Assembly (NCBI GenBank): GCA_024244705.1
Contig: JAAEOK010000075.1
Span: 29,320-93,319 of the forward strand
DNA length: 64,000 nucleotides
Reading direction: 5' to 3'
Source: Alphaproteobacteria bacterium
GTDB taxonomy: Bacteria > Pseudomonadota > Alphaproteobacteria > JAAEOK01
Positions 35,445 to 45,437 of this stretch are shown here, one piece after another. How positions within the stretch are numbered: position 1 is the stretch's first letter; every line of letters starts with the position of its first letter. The notes under the pieces are model-generated. The model saw only the letters and a program-made list of their open reading frames with translations, searched no databases and was not told the origin of the DNA. A program made the translations under genes and the position numbers.

Positions 35445-36932
35445 TCAAGCCAGGTGTTTCTTGACCCCGCCCTTCGTCGCGGCGCGCAACGCCGCCCAGA
35501 CGAAATAGACTCCGAAAAGGAACGCCGGCAGGCCGGCGAAGTCGCGCACCCAGCGCGCCGGATCCTGCCGCATATGACCCTGAGACAGATAGAACAGAAC
35601 CGCGAACGCCGAGACCCAGCCGAGATAGAGGACCGTCGCGCGGCGCAAGCCGGCGGACTGGAAAAGGCCGCTTCGATCGGTGGCGTACCAATAGGCGATC
35701 AGCAAGAAGCAAATCGCGAAGAATTGGAAGTGGGCGAGCGGGTAGAACAGCAGCACGACGACCGGCGCCAGGGCGGCGCCGACCTCGGCGTCGATGTCCT
35801 TCCACACGCAATAGGCAAAGAGCGCGAGGCCGCAGAGGGCGGCGAGCGGTACGCCGAGCGCGCGCAACGAGAATTGCTGGCCGGTCAATGCCGCGACGAT
35901 GCGACCCTCGCCGACGCGAAGGATCGACAGATGGCGGGTGCGGCGATCGGCGGCATAGGCCACCGGGTCGAATATGGAATCGCCCCAGATCGCGAATGCG
36001 ACCGCGGTGCCGACCGCCACGACGAGGGCGCAGCCGAGCGCCGGACGCCAGTCGATCGCACGCCCGCGCACTATCAGGAACGGCAGCACGATGATCGGGT
36101 AGAACTTGGCCAGCACGCCGAGGCCCAGGATCGCCCCGGCGCCGAGCGGCCGCTTGGCGAGGGCCAAGTGGACCGCGAACAACGCGGCGGCGGCCGGCAC
36201 GATGTCGAAATGGGCGTAGAAGCCGAGCAGAACCCAGAAATAGGGGCCCATGACGAAGAGCACGGAAGCGAACAAAGCGGATTCGAACGGCCGTCCGCCC
36301 TGGTCGAGCAGCCGGCCGAGAATGAACAGCCAGCAGCCGAACCAGAGATAGAGGAACAGCGCCACCGGCCACAACGGATTCACCGCGAAGGCGACGGCGA
36401 ACACATTGAACAGGGGGCCGTAGGCATTGTTGCCGGCCGCCGGGTCGCGCCATGGATCGAGGCCGTCGAGCGTTGCCGACCATTGGATGGCATGGGCGGC
36501 GTAGTCGCGGAACAGGCCGGTGCCGAGGTGAGCGCCAAGGAACACCGTGAAGAGAACGGCGCAAAGCACCTGCAAGGCGCGCGGATCGGCCAGACGGGCA
36601 TAGGCGTCGGCGCCCATGATCCAGCGAACGAACCCGTCGCGCAGCGCCAGCAGCCAACCGAAACCGGCAGCCAAGATGAAGGCCTGGATGACGGCGACGA
36701 TCGCCTGCCACGTCATCACCGGCGGCAGGTCGGAGAACTTCCAGCGCAGGGCAAAGTGCCCGGCGATGAGCTCGAACAACGGGCCCGTTGCACCGGCGGC
36801 GACGTTGCCCGCGTATGCCGTCGCCAGAATTTCGACCGCGATCCACGCCAGCACCGTCGCCCCGGCGACCGACAATGAAAGGCGATTGGCGCTCAGCCGA
36901 TGGCTGACGGTCGAAGCTCGAGCGGCGGACAT
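35445..36932 (-). CDS. Polytopic integral membrane protein, putative GT-C-type glycosyltransferase (DUF2029/GT87-like)
   Basis: More than 10 predicted TM helices. GVLAKFYPIIVLPFLI and overall hydropathy resemble DUF2029-family mannosyltransferase-like proteins. Start taken at MSAARASTVSH (AGAGG 4-5 nt upstream); the ORF-track 111-codon extension is Arg-rich and rejected. Function assignment is weak. Confidence 0.45.
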   Translation of the reverse strand: MSAARASTVSHRLSANRLSLSVAGATVLAWIAVEILATAYAGNVAAGATGPLFELIAGHFALRWKFSDLPPVMTWQAIVAVIQAFILAAGFGWLLALRDGFVRWIMGADAYARLADPRALQVLCAVLFTVFLGAHLGTGLFRDYAAHAIQWSATLDGLDPWRDPAAGNNAYGPLFNVFAVAFAVNPLWPVALFLYLWFGCWLFILGRLLDQGGRPFESALFASVLFVMGPYFWVLLGFYAHFDIVPAAAALFAVHLALAKRPLGAGAILGLGVLAKFYPIIVLPFLIVRGRAIDWRPALGCALVVAVGTAVAFAIWGDSIFDPVAYAADRRTRHLSILRVGEGRIVAALTGQQFSLRALGVPLAALCGLALFAYCVWKDIDAEVGAALAPVVVLLFYPLAHFQFFAICFLLIAYWYATDRSGLFQSAGLRRATVLYLGWVSAFAVLFYLSQGHMRQDPARWVRDFAGLPAFLFGVYFVWAALRAATKGGVKKHLA

Positions 36933-37125
36933 CGCACCTCTTTCGCAATTGGCCCTGTCGCGGCCGCCGTAACCCGGGACCCCGGCGGGTCGAGCAGCCT
37001 GACGGCGCCTACCTTGCGCCGAGCCCCATTCGACCTGCAACAACCTCGTCGGCGCGGTATCGCGTTCGGCCGCGGTTTCGATCCACGCCTTGATCCGAAC
37101 GCAATCCACGGCTAGCGTCGGCACC

Positions 37126-37890
37126 ATGAGGATGGCGCGACGCTTGATGGTTTTGTTCCTCTGTCTCGTCCTACTGGTTCTGATGGGGCCCCTGGCCACA
37201 ATCGCGACCGGTGTCGCGCCGCTGCGCGGCGACTGGCGGACAGCGACCCATAATGTGACCGGCATCGCCCCCGATCCGACCGCAACCCAGGAGGCCCTGG
37301 TCCAAGTCTATGCCGCCCGTGCCTTTTCCTGGCGCGGCGCCTTCGGCATCCATACCTGGATCGCGGTCAAGCCGGCCAATGCCGCCACCTACACCACCTA
37401 TGAGGTGATCGGCTGGCGCCACTACCGAGGCCTACCGGCGGTAGCCATCCGCGATCGGCGGCCGGATACCGAATGGTTCGGCAGCGCCCCCGAGGTTCTC
37501 GCCGAGTTGCGCGGCACCGAGGCCGCCGCCGCGATCCCCGCGATCGAGCGTGCCGTCACCGCTTACCCGCACAACGATGCCTACCGCGTGTGGCCGGGAC
37601 CCAACAGCAATACCTTCACCGCCTTCGTCGCCCGGCTGGTGCCCGCGTTGCGCCTCGATCTGCCGCCGACCGCGGTCGGCAAGGATTACCTGGCCGGCGG
37701 CGCCATTGTCGCCCCGACGCCGAGCGGAACCGGCTATCAGCTGTCGCTCGGCGGGGTGTTCGGCATTCTGGCGGGGAGCGAGGAGGGAATCGAGTTGAGC
37801 GTGCTCGGCCTCGGCATCGGCATCGATCCGCTCGATCTCAAGTTGCGGCTGCCCGGTCTCGGTCTGATTGGCCCCGGCGGAGGCGGCTGA
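37126..37890 (+). CDS. DUF3750-family protein with N-terminal TM anchor
   Basis: MRMARRLMVLFLCLVLLVLMGPL (TM), then ...HTWIAVKPANAATYTTYEVIGW..., which is DUF3750-like. Start is uncertain (37126 or 37132). Confidence 0.55.
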   Translation: MRMARRLMVLFLCLVLLVLMGPLATIATGVAPLRGDWRTATHNVTGIAPDPTATQEALVQVYAARAFSWRGAFGIHTWIAVKPANAATYTTYEVIGWRHYRGLPAVAIRDRRPDTEWFGSAPEVLAELRGTEAAAAIPAIERAVTAYPHNDAYRVWPGPNSNTFTAFVARLVPALRLDLPPTAVGKDYLAGGAIVAPTPSGTGYQLSLGGVFGILAGSEEGIELSVLGLGIGIDPLDLKLRLPGLGLIGPGGGG

Positions 37891-37945
37891 TGTCCGCGCC
37901 CTCCCCAACGCCGGCCGCCGATCCAACGCGGCATGACCGCGCACG

Positions 37946-38683
37946 ATGAGCGTCTGGGGCAAGATTCTAGGCGGCGCGGCCGGCTTCGCGATGGGCGGGC
38001 CGTTGGGCGCGCTGGTCGGCGTGATCGCGGGACACGCGGTCGACCGATACCGAACGCAACAGAGCGATGACGTCGACCCCGACGCGGCGACCAAGCGCAT
38101 CGCCTTCACCATTGCGGTCATCGTCTTGGGCGCCAAGATGGCGAAGGCCGACGGCGTCGTCACCAAGGACGAAATCAACGCCTTCCGCGAAGTCTTCCAA
38201 GTTCCGGAGAACGAGATCAAGAACGTCTCCCGCGTCTTCAACCAGGCGCGGCAGGACGCACGCGGGTTCGAGCCCTACGCCGAGCAAGTCGCGCGCATGT
38301 TCCGCAATCATCCGCGGGTGCTCGAGGAACTGCTCAACGCGCTGTTCCACATCGCCCGCGCCGACGGCGTTTATCACGCCAAGGAAAAGGAATTCCTCCA
38401 TCGCGTTTCGGAAATCTTCGGCTTCGACGCGGCGACCTTCAGCCGTATCGAGGCCGAACAGATGGGGCCGCAGAAGGCCGATCCTTACGTCATCCTCGGG
38501 ATGACCCGGGAGGCCGGCGATGCGGAACTGAAATCGGCCTACCGCAAACTGGTGCGCGAGAACCACCCGGATACGTTGGTCGCCCAAGGCATGCCGCAGG
38601 AGTTCATCGATCTCGCCAACGATAAGCTGGCGACGATCAACGGTGCCTGGGACCGGGTCAGCAAGGAAAGGGGAATAAGCTGA
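37946..38683 (+). CDS. djlA: DjlA-like co-chaperone (N-terminal TM, TerB-like domain, C-terminal J domain)
   Basis: TM helix at the N-terminus and a C-terminal J-domain with HPD (DPYVILGMTREAGDAELKSAYRKLVRENHPDTL). Confidence 0.7.
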   Translation: MSVWGKILGGAAGFAMGGPLGALVGVIAGHAVDRYRTQQSDDVDPDAATKRIAFTIAVIVLGAKMAKADGVVTKDEINAFREVFQVPENEIKNVSRVFNQARQDARGFEPYAEQVARMFRNHPRVLEELLNALFHIARADGVYHAKEKEFLHRVSEIFGFDAATFSRIEAEQMGPQKADPYVILGMTREAGDAELKSAYRKLVRENHPDTLVAQGMPQEFIDLANDKLATINGAWDRVSKERGIS

Positions 38684-38694
38684 GCAGCGTCGAG

Positions 38695-39420
38695 GTGATG
38701 GTCCTGGGCTGTGGCGATGCGTTCGGCAATGGCGGCCGGTTCCAGACCTGTTTCATGGTCTCTCACGCCGGCGGCCGGGTTCTGATCGATTGCGGCGCAT
38801 CGTCGCTCATCGCGCTCAAGAAGCACGGCATCGACCCGGGCGAGATCGACGCGGTGCTGCTGACCCACCTGCACGGCGACCATTTCGGCGGATTGCCGTT
38901 CCTCATTATCGATGCCCAGTTCACGCGCCGCGAGCGGCCATTGATCGTGACCGGCCCGCCCGGCACGGCGACCCGCCTCGACAGCCTGATGGAGGTGATG
39001 TATCCGGGCTCGACCAAGGTCGAGAGACGGTTCGACGTCGACGTACGAGAGCTCGATGCCGAGGTCGCGGTCGAAGTCTGCGGCGTCGAAGTGATGCCGA
39101 TCGAGGTCGCCCATGCCTGCGGGTGTCCCCCCTACGGCCTGCGTGTCACCTGTGCCGGCCGCACGATCGCCTATTCGGGCGATACGGGATGGACCGAATC
39201 GCTGATCCCGCTCGGCCGCGATACCGATCTCTTCATTATCGAAGCGTCGATGTACGACAAGCCGGTCAAGCATCACCTCGATTACATGACCCTGAAGGAT
39301 CAATTGCCGCGGGTCGGTGCACACCGCGTCATGCTGACCCATATGGGAACCGAAATGCTGGCGCACCGCGACGACGCCGACTACGAGACCGCCGAGGACG
39401 GGTTGCGCATTACCCTGTAA
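38695..39420 (+). CDS. MBL-fold metallo-hydrolase (RNase Z/beta-lactamase superfamily)
   Basis: HxHxDH motif LLTHLHGDHFGGLP and downstream His/Asp ligands. Confidence 0.75.
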   Translation: MMVLGCGDAFGNGGRFQTCFMVSHAGGRVLIDCGASSLIALKKHGIDPGEIDAVLLTHLHGDHFGGLPFLIIDAQFTRRERPLIVTGPPGTATRLDSLMEVMYPGSTKVERRFDVDVRELDAEVAVEVCGVEVMPIEVAHACGCPPYGLRVTCAGRTIAYSGDTGWTESLIPLGRDTDLFIIEASMYDKPVKHHLDYMTLKDQLPRVGAHRVMLTHMGTEMLAHRDDADYETAEDGLRITL

Positions 39421-39563
39421 CCGCCGTCCGTCCCGCACGCGACGCAACGGTGGCCTGCGCGTTCGCCGGTGGTCAAAGCCGGGAAGCCCGTCTAGGATCG
39501 CCGCGCGTCGCCGGTAGGTTTTGCCTGCGATCATAGAAAAACATCATCATCCGGAACGACGGA

Positions 39564-41378
39564 ATGTCGGCACCGCCGCTCACGACCATCGCCGACATCC
39601 ACCTCAGGCTCGGCGATAATGTGCTTTTTGAAGGCGTCGATCTCCGCATCGGCGCCGGCGAAAGGGCGTGCTTGGTCGGCCGCAATGGCTCCGGCAAGAC
39701 GACATTGCTGCGAATGCTGGCGGGAGAAATCGAACCGGATAGCGGCGACACGTTCTTGCAACCGGGCACCCGGCTTGCCTACCTGCCCCAGGAGCCGGTC
39801 CTGGCACCGGATCAGACGGTGCTCGAGTATGTGTCCGCCGGCGGCGCCGCGAGCCACGAAGTTGACGCCGCGCTCGATCAGGTCGGTCTCGATGGCGCGC
39901 GCCCGCTACATTCGCTCTCCGGCGGCGAAGGTCGGCGTGCCGGTCTGGCGCGGGTCTTGTCCGGGCGGCCGGATATCCTGTTGCTCGACGAGCCGACCAA
40001 CCATCTCGACCTCGCGACAATCGAATGGCTCGAGCGGACTCTCCGCGACTATCCCGGCTCGGTGCTGGTCGTCAGCCACGACCGGACCTTTCTCGCCAAT
40101 GTGAGCAATCGGACCCTGTGGCTCGACCGCCGCCGCCTGCGGCGCCTCGACAAGGGGTTTGCAGCCTTCGATTCGTGGCAGGAAGATGTCTACGCCGCCG
40201 AGGCCCGAGCGGTCGAGAAACTCGACAGCAAGTTGGCCGCCGAAGCGCGTTGGCTGCATCGCGGCGTGACGGCGCGGCGGCGGCGCAATCAGGGTCGTCT
40301 GCGCCGCCTGCAGGATCTCCGCGCGGTCCGCGCAACCCTGATCGGTGAGAAAGCGCGCGCCAAGATCGCCGCCGAGGACGGCGAGTTGAAAAGCCGTGTC
40401 GTCATCGATGCCAAGGACCTGTCCAAGAGCTTTCCCGGCGCCGACCAGCCCCTATCGATCGTCAACGGTTTTTCGACCCGCATCCTGCGCGGCGACCGCA
40501 TCGGTATCCTCGGCCCCAACGGCGCCGGAAAGACGACATTGCTGCGGCTCTTGGTCGGAGATCTCGAGCCCGACGGCGGACGGGTGCGCTTGACAAAGAG
40601 CCTGACCGTGGCCTATTTCGACCAGCATCGTGCGATTCTCGACCGCGAGCAGACCCTGTGGCAGACCCTGTGCCCCGGCGGCGGCGACACGGTCTGGGTG
40701 CATGGCCGGCCGCGCCACGTGGTGGCCTACCTGAAGGATTTCCTATTCGATCCGAAGCAAGCCAAGAGTCCGGTCAGCAGTTTGTCCGGCGGCGAGCGCA
40801 ACCGCCTGCTGCTGGCTAAGATCCTGGCCCGGCCGAGCGAGCTGTTGGTGCTCGACGAACCGACCAACGACCTCGATATGGACACCCTCGAGCGGCTCGA
40901 GGACATGCTGAGCGACTATCCGGGAACGTTGCTGCTGGTCAGCCACGACCGAAATTTCCTCGATCGCATCGTCACCGGTACGATCGCCATGGAAGGGGAC
41001 GGCCGGGCCACCGAGTACGCCGGCGGCTACAGCGACTATCTAACCCAGCGCAAAGAAAACAGGCGCGGGGCGGTCGCGTTCAAGGCGCCCAAGAGCGAGG
41101 CGGCGCCACGGACCAGAGAGCGGCCGCGCCGGCAAACGAAGCTGAGCTACAAGGACCGGCGTCAGCTCGAAATCCTGCCCGGCCTGATCGAGGCGATCAG
41201 CGCCGAGATCGCCACGCTCGAGGACAAATTGTCCGATGGCGCCTTTTACACCACGGACCGCGAGGGCTTCGACGGCGCCACTAGGCGTCTCGAAGAAGCG
41301 ATCCAGGAGCGAACAAAGATGGAGGATCGCTGGCTCGAACTCGAGACACTGAGCGAGTCTCTGGAACCGACCGGCTAG
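39564..41378 (+). CDS. ABC-F family ATPase (two ABC domains, no TM; Uup/EttA-like)
   Basis: Tandem Walker A (GRNGSGKTT, GPNGAGKTT), two LSGGE signatures and an inter-domain linker. Confidence 0.85.
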   Translation: MSAPPLTTIADIHLRLGDNVLFEGVDLRIGAGERACLVGRNGSGKTTLLRMLAGEIEPDSGDTFLQPGTRLAYLPQEPVLAPDQTVLEYVSAGGAASHEVDAALDQVGLDGARPLHSLSGGEGRRAGLARVLSGRPDILLLDEPTNHLDLATIEWLERTLRDYPGSVLVVSHDRTFLANVSNRTLWLDRRRLRRLDKGFAAFDSWQEDVYAAEARAVEKLDSKLAAEARWLHRGVTARRRRNQGRLRRLQDLRAVRATLIGEKARAKIAAEDGELKSRVVIDAKDLSKSFPGADQPLSIVNGFSTRILRGDRIGILGPNGAGKTTLLRLLVGDLEPDGGRVRLTKSLTVAYFDQHRAILDREQTLWQTLCPGGGDTVWVHGRPRHVVAYLKDFLFDPKQAKSPVSSLSGGERNRLLLAKILARPSELLVLDEPTNDLDMDTLERLEDMLSDYPGTLLLVSHDRNFLDRIVTGTIAMEGDGRATEYAGGYSDYLTQRKENRRGAVAFKAPKSEAAPRTRERPRRQTKLSYKDRRQLEILPGLIEAISAEIATLEDKLSDGAFYTTDREGFDGATRRLEEAIQERTKMEDRWLELETLSESLEPTG

Positions 41379-41382
41379 CTCC

Positions 41383-42261
41383 ATGCGCCCCGTTCACATC
41401 GTGCTCGCGGTCGCCGTGATGGCGATTTGGGGATTGAATTTCGTCATCGCGAAGATCGGGTTGATGCATCTCGATCCATTGATGCTGACCGGTTCCCGTT
41501 TCGCTCTGGTCGCCGCGATGCTGCTGCCGTTCGTCGGCCGGCCCCGCGGCCAGTGGGGATCGATCATCGTGCTGTCGCTGGTCATGGGCAGTCTCCATTT
41601 CGGCTTCATGTTCTATGGCCTGCGCGGCATCGATGCTTCGGTCGCCTCCATCGCCATCCAAATGCAGGTCCCCTTCGCCGCTCTGCTCGCCGCCTTCTTC
41701 TTCAAGGATTATCTCGGCTGGCGACGTTTGTTGGGCATGGCAGCCGCCATCCTCGGCGTCGTCGTTCTGGCCGGAGAGCCGCGGTTCGACGGCAACCTTC
41801 TGCCGCTTGGCCTGGTCATCGCCGCATCGCTGATGTGGGCGTTCGGCAATATCGTGATCAAGCGCATGGGCCCGATCGACGGCTTCCAGCTCAACGCCTG
41901 GCTGTCGCTGTTTACCGCGCCCCAACTTCTGCTCGCCTCGTGGGCCTTCGAGCCCGGCGCGGCCATAGCGCTGGTCGATGCCCCATGGCAGGCCTATGCG
42001 GCCATCCTCTACATGGCGGTGATGGTCACCATCGTCGGCTATGGCGCGTGGTATTTCCTGATCCCGCGCTACGAGGTCAACCAGACCATGCCGTTCACCC
42101 TGTTGGTGCCGCTGTTCGGCGTGCTGTCCGGTGTCACCATGCTCGACGAAGCCCTGACCTGGCGGGTCCTGGTCGGCGGTACCGCGATATTGGCCGGTGT
42201 CGCGGTCATCATCATCCGCCGCCCGCGCATGATCGCGCCGGAAGCGCAGCCCGACCGCTAG
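41383..42261 (+). CDS. EamA/DMT-superfamily transporter
   Basis: 10-TM protein with two EamA repeats. Confidence 0.8.
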   Translation: MRPVHIVLAVAVMAIWGLNFVIAKIGLMHLDPLMLTGSRFALVAAMLLPFVGRPRGQWGSIIVLSLVMGSLHFGFMFYGLRGIDASVASIAIQMQVPFAALLAAFFFKDYLGWRRLLGMAAAILGVVVLAGEPRFDGNLLPLGLVIAASLMWAFGNIVIKRMGPIDGFQLNAWLSLFTAPQLLLASWAFEPGAAIALVDAPWQAYAAILYMAVMVTIVGYGAWYFLIPRYEVNQTMPFTLLVPLFGVLSGVTMLDEALTWRVLVGGTAILAGVAVIIIRRPRMIAPEAQPDR

Positions 42262-42300
42262 GTCCAATCAGCGTTTGATTGATTCGACCTTCGCCCCTTC

Positions 42301-42402
42301 GTCGTCCCGGATGCGATGCGGCACGAAGTGCTGCTTTGCTAATCCGGGATCGATCCCGGTTCTGCGGTGCACCGCTTCGCGCTGCGCCGCGCCCGGGATG
42401 AC
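42301..42402. repeat. Copy B of the roughly 100-bp palindromic MITE/REP-like repeat (see 28760-28856)
   Basis: gtcgtcccggatgcgatgcggcacgaagtgctgctttgctaatccgggatcgatcccggttctgcggtgcaccgcttcgcgctgcgccgcgcccgggatgac. Same termini GTCGTCCCGG/CCCGGGATGAC and the same internal CCGGGATC(GA)TCCCGG palindrome. It lies in the convergent gap between the EamA gene and the GT2-GtrA gene. Confidence 0.6.
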
Positions 42403-42482
42403 GGAAATGAGACCGCCACGTCGCTCTCTCCCCATTTAGAATCGGAGCGATGCAATCAAAAACTGAAATTCTCTAGCCCTTC

Positions 42483-43571
42483 CTAGCGCTTGCGCCAGGT
42501 GAAGGTGGCGTTCATGCCGTAGTTCCACACCGCGCCGACGACGGCACCGCTGAACCCGGCGAGGAACCAGATCACACCCCGATCGAAGAGAAACTGAGCG
42601 ACGGTCACGTTGATCACGGCGCCGATGCTGCACGCGGCGTAGAAGGTTGCCAGGCCGCGCAGCGCGAGCCAGCCGCCGAGCCGTCGTTCGCGGAACGTGA
42701 TGATGTTGTTGAGGTGAAAGTTGACGGTCATCGCAACGATGGTGGCGATCGCCTGCGACCACATGAACGGAAACTCGCCGATCCGGAACAGCAAGCCGAG
42801 CAAGGTCAGATGCACGGCGAGGCCGCCCAACCCGACCATTACGTAAAGCATGAACCCGACCGGGATCCAGCCGCGAAACAGCTTGTCGAGGACCAGCATG
42901 AGGAATTCGAGCGAGACCAGAACGTCGAGCTTGCTCTTGCCCGAATGGCGCGCGCGGAAGTGGAACGGCAGTTCCCGCACCGGCACCGGGCGGCGCACCG
43001 TGGCGAGAATGTCGAGCAGGATCTTGTAGCCGCGCGCGGTCAATCCGTGGGCCGCCTCATCGAACAGTTCGCGCCGCAACATGAAGAAGCCGCTCATCGG
43101 GTCGGTGAGCGGCATGCGCGTCACGATCCGGCTGATACGGCGCGCCAGCAGGCTCATCCGCTCGCGTGTCGATGACGACAACCCTTCGGCGCTGCCGCCT
43201 TCCAGGAAGCGGCTGCCAACAACGATCTCGACATCCTCGCTCTTCAGCACCTCCAACATCGTCGGCAACAAGGTCTCGTCATGCTGGAGATCGGCGTCGA
43301 TGACGGCAACGAAGGGCGTTTCGGTTGCCAGGATGCCTTCGATGCAGGCCGAGGACAATCCGGATCGGCCGATGCGGTGGATCACCCGGACCCGGTCATT
43401 CTCTCGCGCCAGCCGTCGCAGTTCATCGCCCGTTCCGTCGATCGAATCGTCGTCGACATAGACGATTTCCCAGGCGTCGCTATCGAATGCGCGGCCGATG
43501 CGTTCGAACAGCGGCCGGACGTTGCCGACCTCGTTGAGGGTCGGCACGATGATGGCGAGTTCCACGGTCAC
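42483..43571 (-). CDS. Family-2 glycosyltransferase fused to a C-terminal GtrA-like 4-TM domain (polyprenyl-phosphate sugar transferase type)
   Basis: GT2 DXD context (IVYVDDDSIDGT, VIDADLQHD), then a GtrA-like membrane domain. Confidence 0.8.
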   Translation of the reverse strand: MTVELAIIVPTLNEVGNVRPLFERIGRAFDSDAWEIVYVDDDSIDGTGDELRRLARENDRVRVIHRIGRSGLSSACIEGILATETPFVAVIDADLQHDETLLPTMLEVLKSEDVEIVVGSRFLEGGSAEGLSSSTRERMSLLARRISRIVTRMPLTDPMSGFFMLRRELFDEAAHGLTARGYKILLDILATVRRPVPVRELPFHFRARHSGKSKLDVLVSLEFLMLVLDKLFRGWIPVGFMLYVMVGLGGLAVHLTLLGLLFRIGEFPFMWSQAIATIVAMTVNFHLNNIITFRERRLGGWLALRGLATFYAACSIGAVINVTVAQFLFDRGVIWFLAGFSGAVVGAVWNYGMNATFTWRKR

Positions 43572-43820
43572 GGTGCGTTGCAGACGCTAACGGGCGACGG
43601 CGACACCGCCTGTCGCGCCCAGCGGGAATGCTTCGATCTATGCGCCATGGCAATTCGGGAAAGGTTTGGAACGGGCCGGAACCGGTGTGGATGGGCGCAG
43701 CAATACAGGTCGGCGGCGGCCATTTCAACTCTTTGCGGCGCGACGTCGATCGGGTCTATTGCCGAACGCCGCGACCGTTTATCGTCGGGCCGGACACAAT
43801 CGCAGGCGGCGCACGACGGC

Positions 43821-44531
43821 ATGTCTCGAACCGGGGCAAAAAAAATCGACCGCTGGTCACCCAACCACGGGCCGCGGGTAAGCAACCCGGTGGATATTCT
43901 GTTGCTCCATTACACCGGAATGGAACGGGCGGCCGACGCCCTCGATCGGCTGACCGATGCCGAAACGGGGGTCAGTGCCCACTACATGATCGACGAGGAT
44001 GGGACGGTCTATCGTCTGGTTGCCGAAGAGCGGCGCGCCTGGCACGCCGGCCGCAGCTGTTGGGCGGGAGAAGCCGATATCAACAGCCGCTCGATCGGTA
44101 TCGAGTTGGTCAATCCCGGCCACGAATTCGGCTACCGTCCGTTTCCGCAAGCGCAAATCGCGGCCCTCATCGATCTCGCCGGCGAAATCATCGCCCGCCA
44201 CCCGATCCCGCGATGGCGAGTCCTCGGACACTCGGACGTCGCGCCGTCGCGCAAGCTCGACCCTGGAGAGATGTTCGATTGGCCCGGTCTCGCGGCCGCC
44301 GGCATCGGCGTTTGGCCACAGGACGTCGACACGTCGGCAGTCGATCTTGCCGCGGCGGCGGACGACCTCGCGGCGTTTGGCTATTGCATGTCGGGTGGTG
44401 GCGACCGCGCGCAGACCGTGACGGACAGCGTGGTCGCGTTTCAACGTCATTACCGGCCACGGCGGATCGACGGCGAGATCGACGGTGAAACGGCTGCCCT
44501 TGCGAGGGCCGTGGTCGGCATGATGGATTGA
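43821..44531 (+). CDS. ampD: N-acetylmuramoyl-L-alanine amidase, AmpD-like (amidase_2 family)
   Basis: ...VDILLLHYTGME...AHYMIDEDGTVYRLVAEERRAWHAGRSCWAGEADINSRSIGIELVNPG...GHSDVAPSRKLDPGEMFDW. Start at ATG 43821; the ORF-track extension to 43281 overlaps the divergent GT2 gene. Confidence 0.75.
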   Translation: MSRTGAKKIDRWSPNHGPRVSNPVDILLLHYTGMERAADALDRLTDAETGVSAHYMIDEDGTVYRLVAEERRAWHAGRSCWAGEADINSRSIGIELVNPGHEFGYRPFPQAQIAALIDLAGEIIARHPIPRWRVLGHSDVAPSRKLDPGEMFDWPGLAAAGIGVWPQDVDTSAVDLAAAADDLAAFGYCMSGGGDRAQTVTDSVVAFQRHYRPRRIDGEIDGETAALARAVVGMMD

Positions 44532-44562
44532 CGGCAAGCCCACCAGTCGCTACCTACGGAAA

Positions 44563-44962
<400 letters not shown>

Positions 44963-45333
44963 TTTTTCAACGCCTTGGGCGACCGGACGTGGCTCGGTCG
45001 ACGGCCCCGGCCGGTCATTGCCGTCGCCCCGATGGGGTCCGCCTTTGACACCATTCGCTCACGCGCCACCGACGGCCAAATCGCTACCTTACAAAGGTTT
45101 GGTCTCGATAATTCAGCTTTGGAGTAAGGTCAAATCACCAACTTCCTTAATCTATTGTAATAGAACATAACAAGAACATTTGAATGAAGGAGAATAAATC
45201 GGGCAATCGGCGACGAGTCTTCTGGCATTCCCGGTATTGATGCCGTCGCAATACATCAAGCTCTCAAATTGCACCTGGAAAGCCTTGGTTTTAACCATAT
45301 ATTTACTTTACATTTCCATTGACGCCCAGTTTT

Positions 45334-45360
45334 CCCCATGATATCCCATATTGTCCCATA
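45334..45360. promoter_or_regulatory. Predicted MraZ operator: three direct repeats TCCCATA (ATGGGA on the other strand) with exact 10-bp periodicity, about 78 bp upstream of mraZ
   Basis: ttTCCCCATgataTCCCATattgTCCCATataaaac. The arrangement matches the known MraZ binding architecture of direct TGGGN repeats at 10-bp spacing in the Pmra region. Confidence 0.5.
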
Positions 45361-45437
45361 TAAAACGGGTGGGAGCCCGGTGGGGCGTCGGGCCTTCGCT
45401 GTATTCGGGTTGGCGAAGGATGGTCTGGGGGAGATCG

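Noticed and set aside
45150-45250. Tiny SD-preceded ORF (18 aa, ATGAAGGAG...) in the AT-rich island upstream of mraZ.
   Set aside because: Too short, with no conservation evidence. It is AT-rich sequence in a promoter region, so it is mentioned only inside the AT-island finding.
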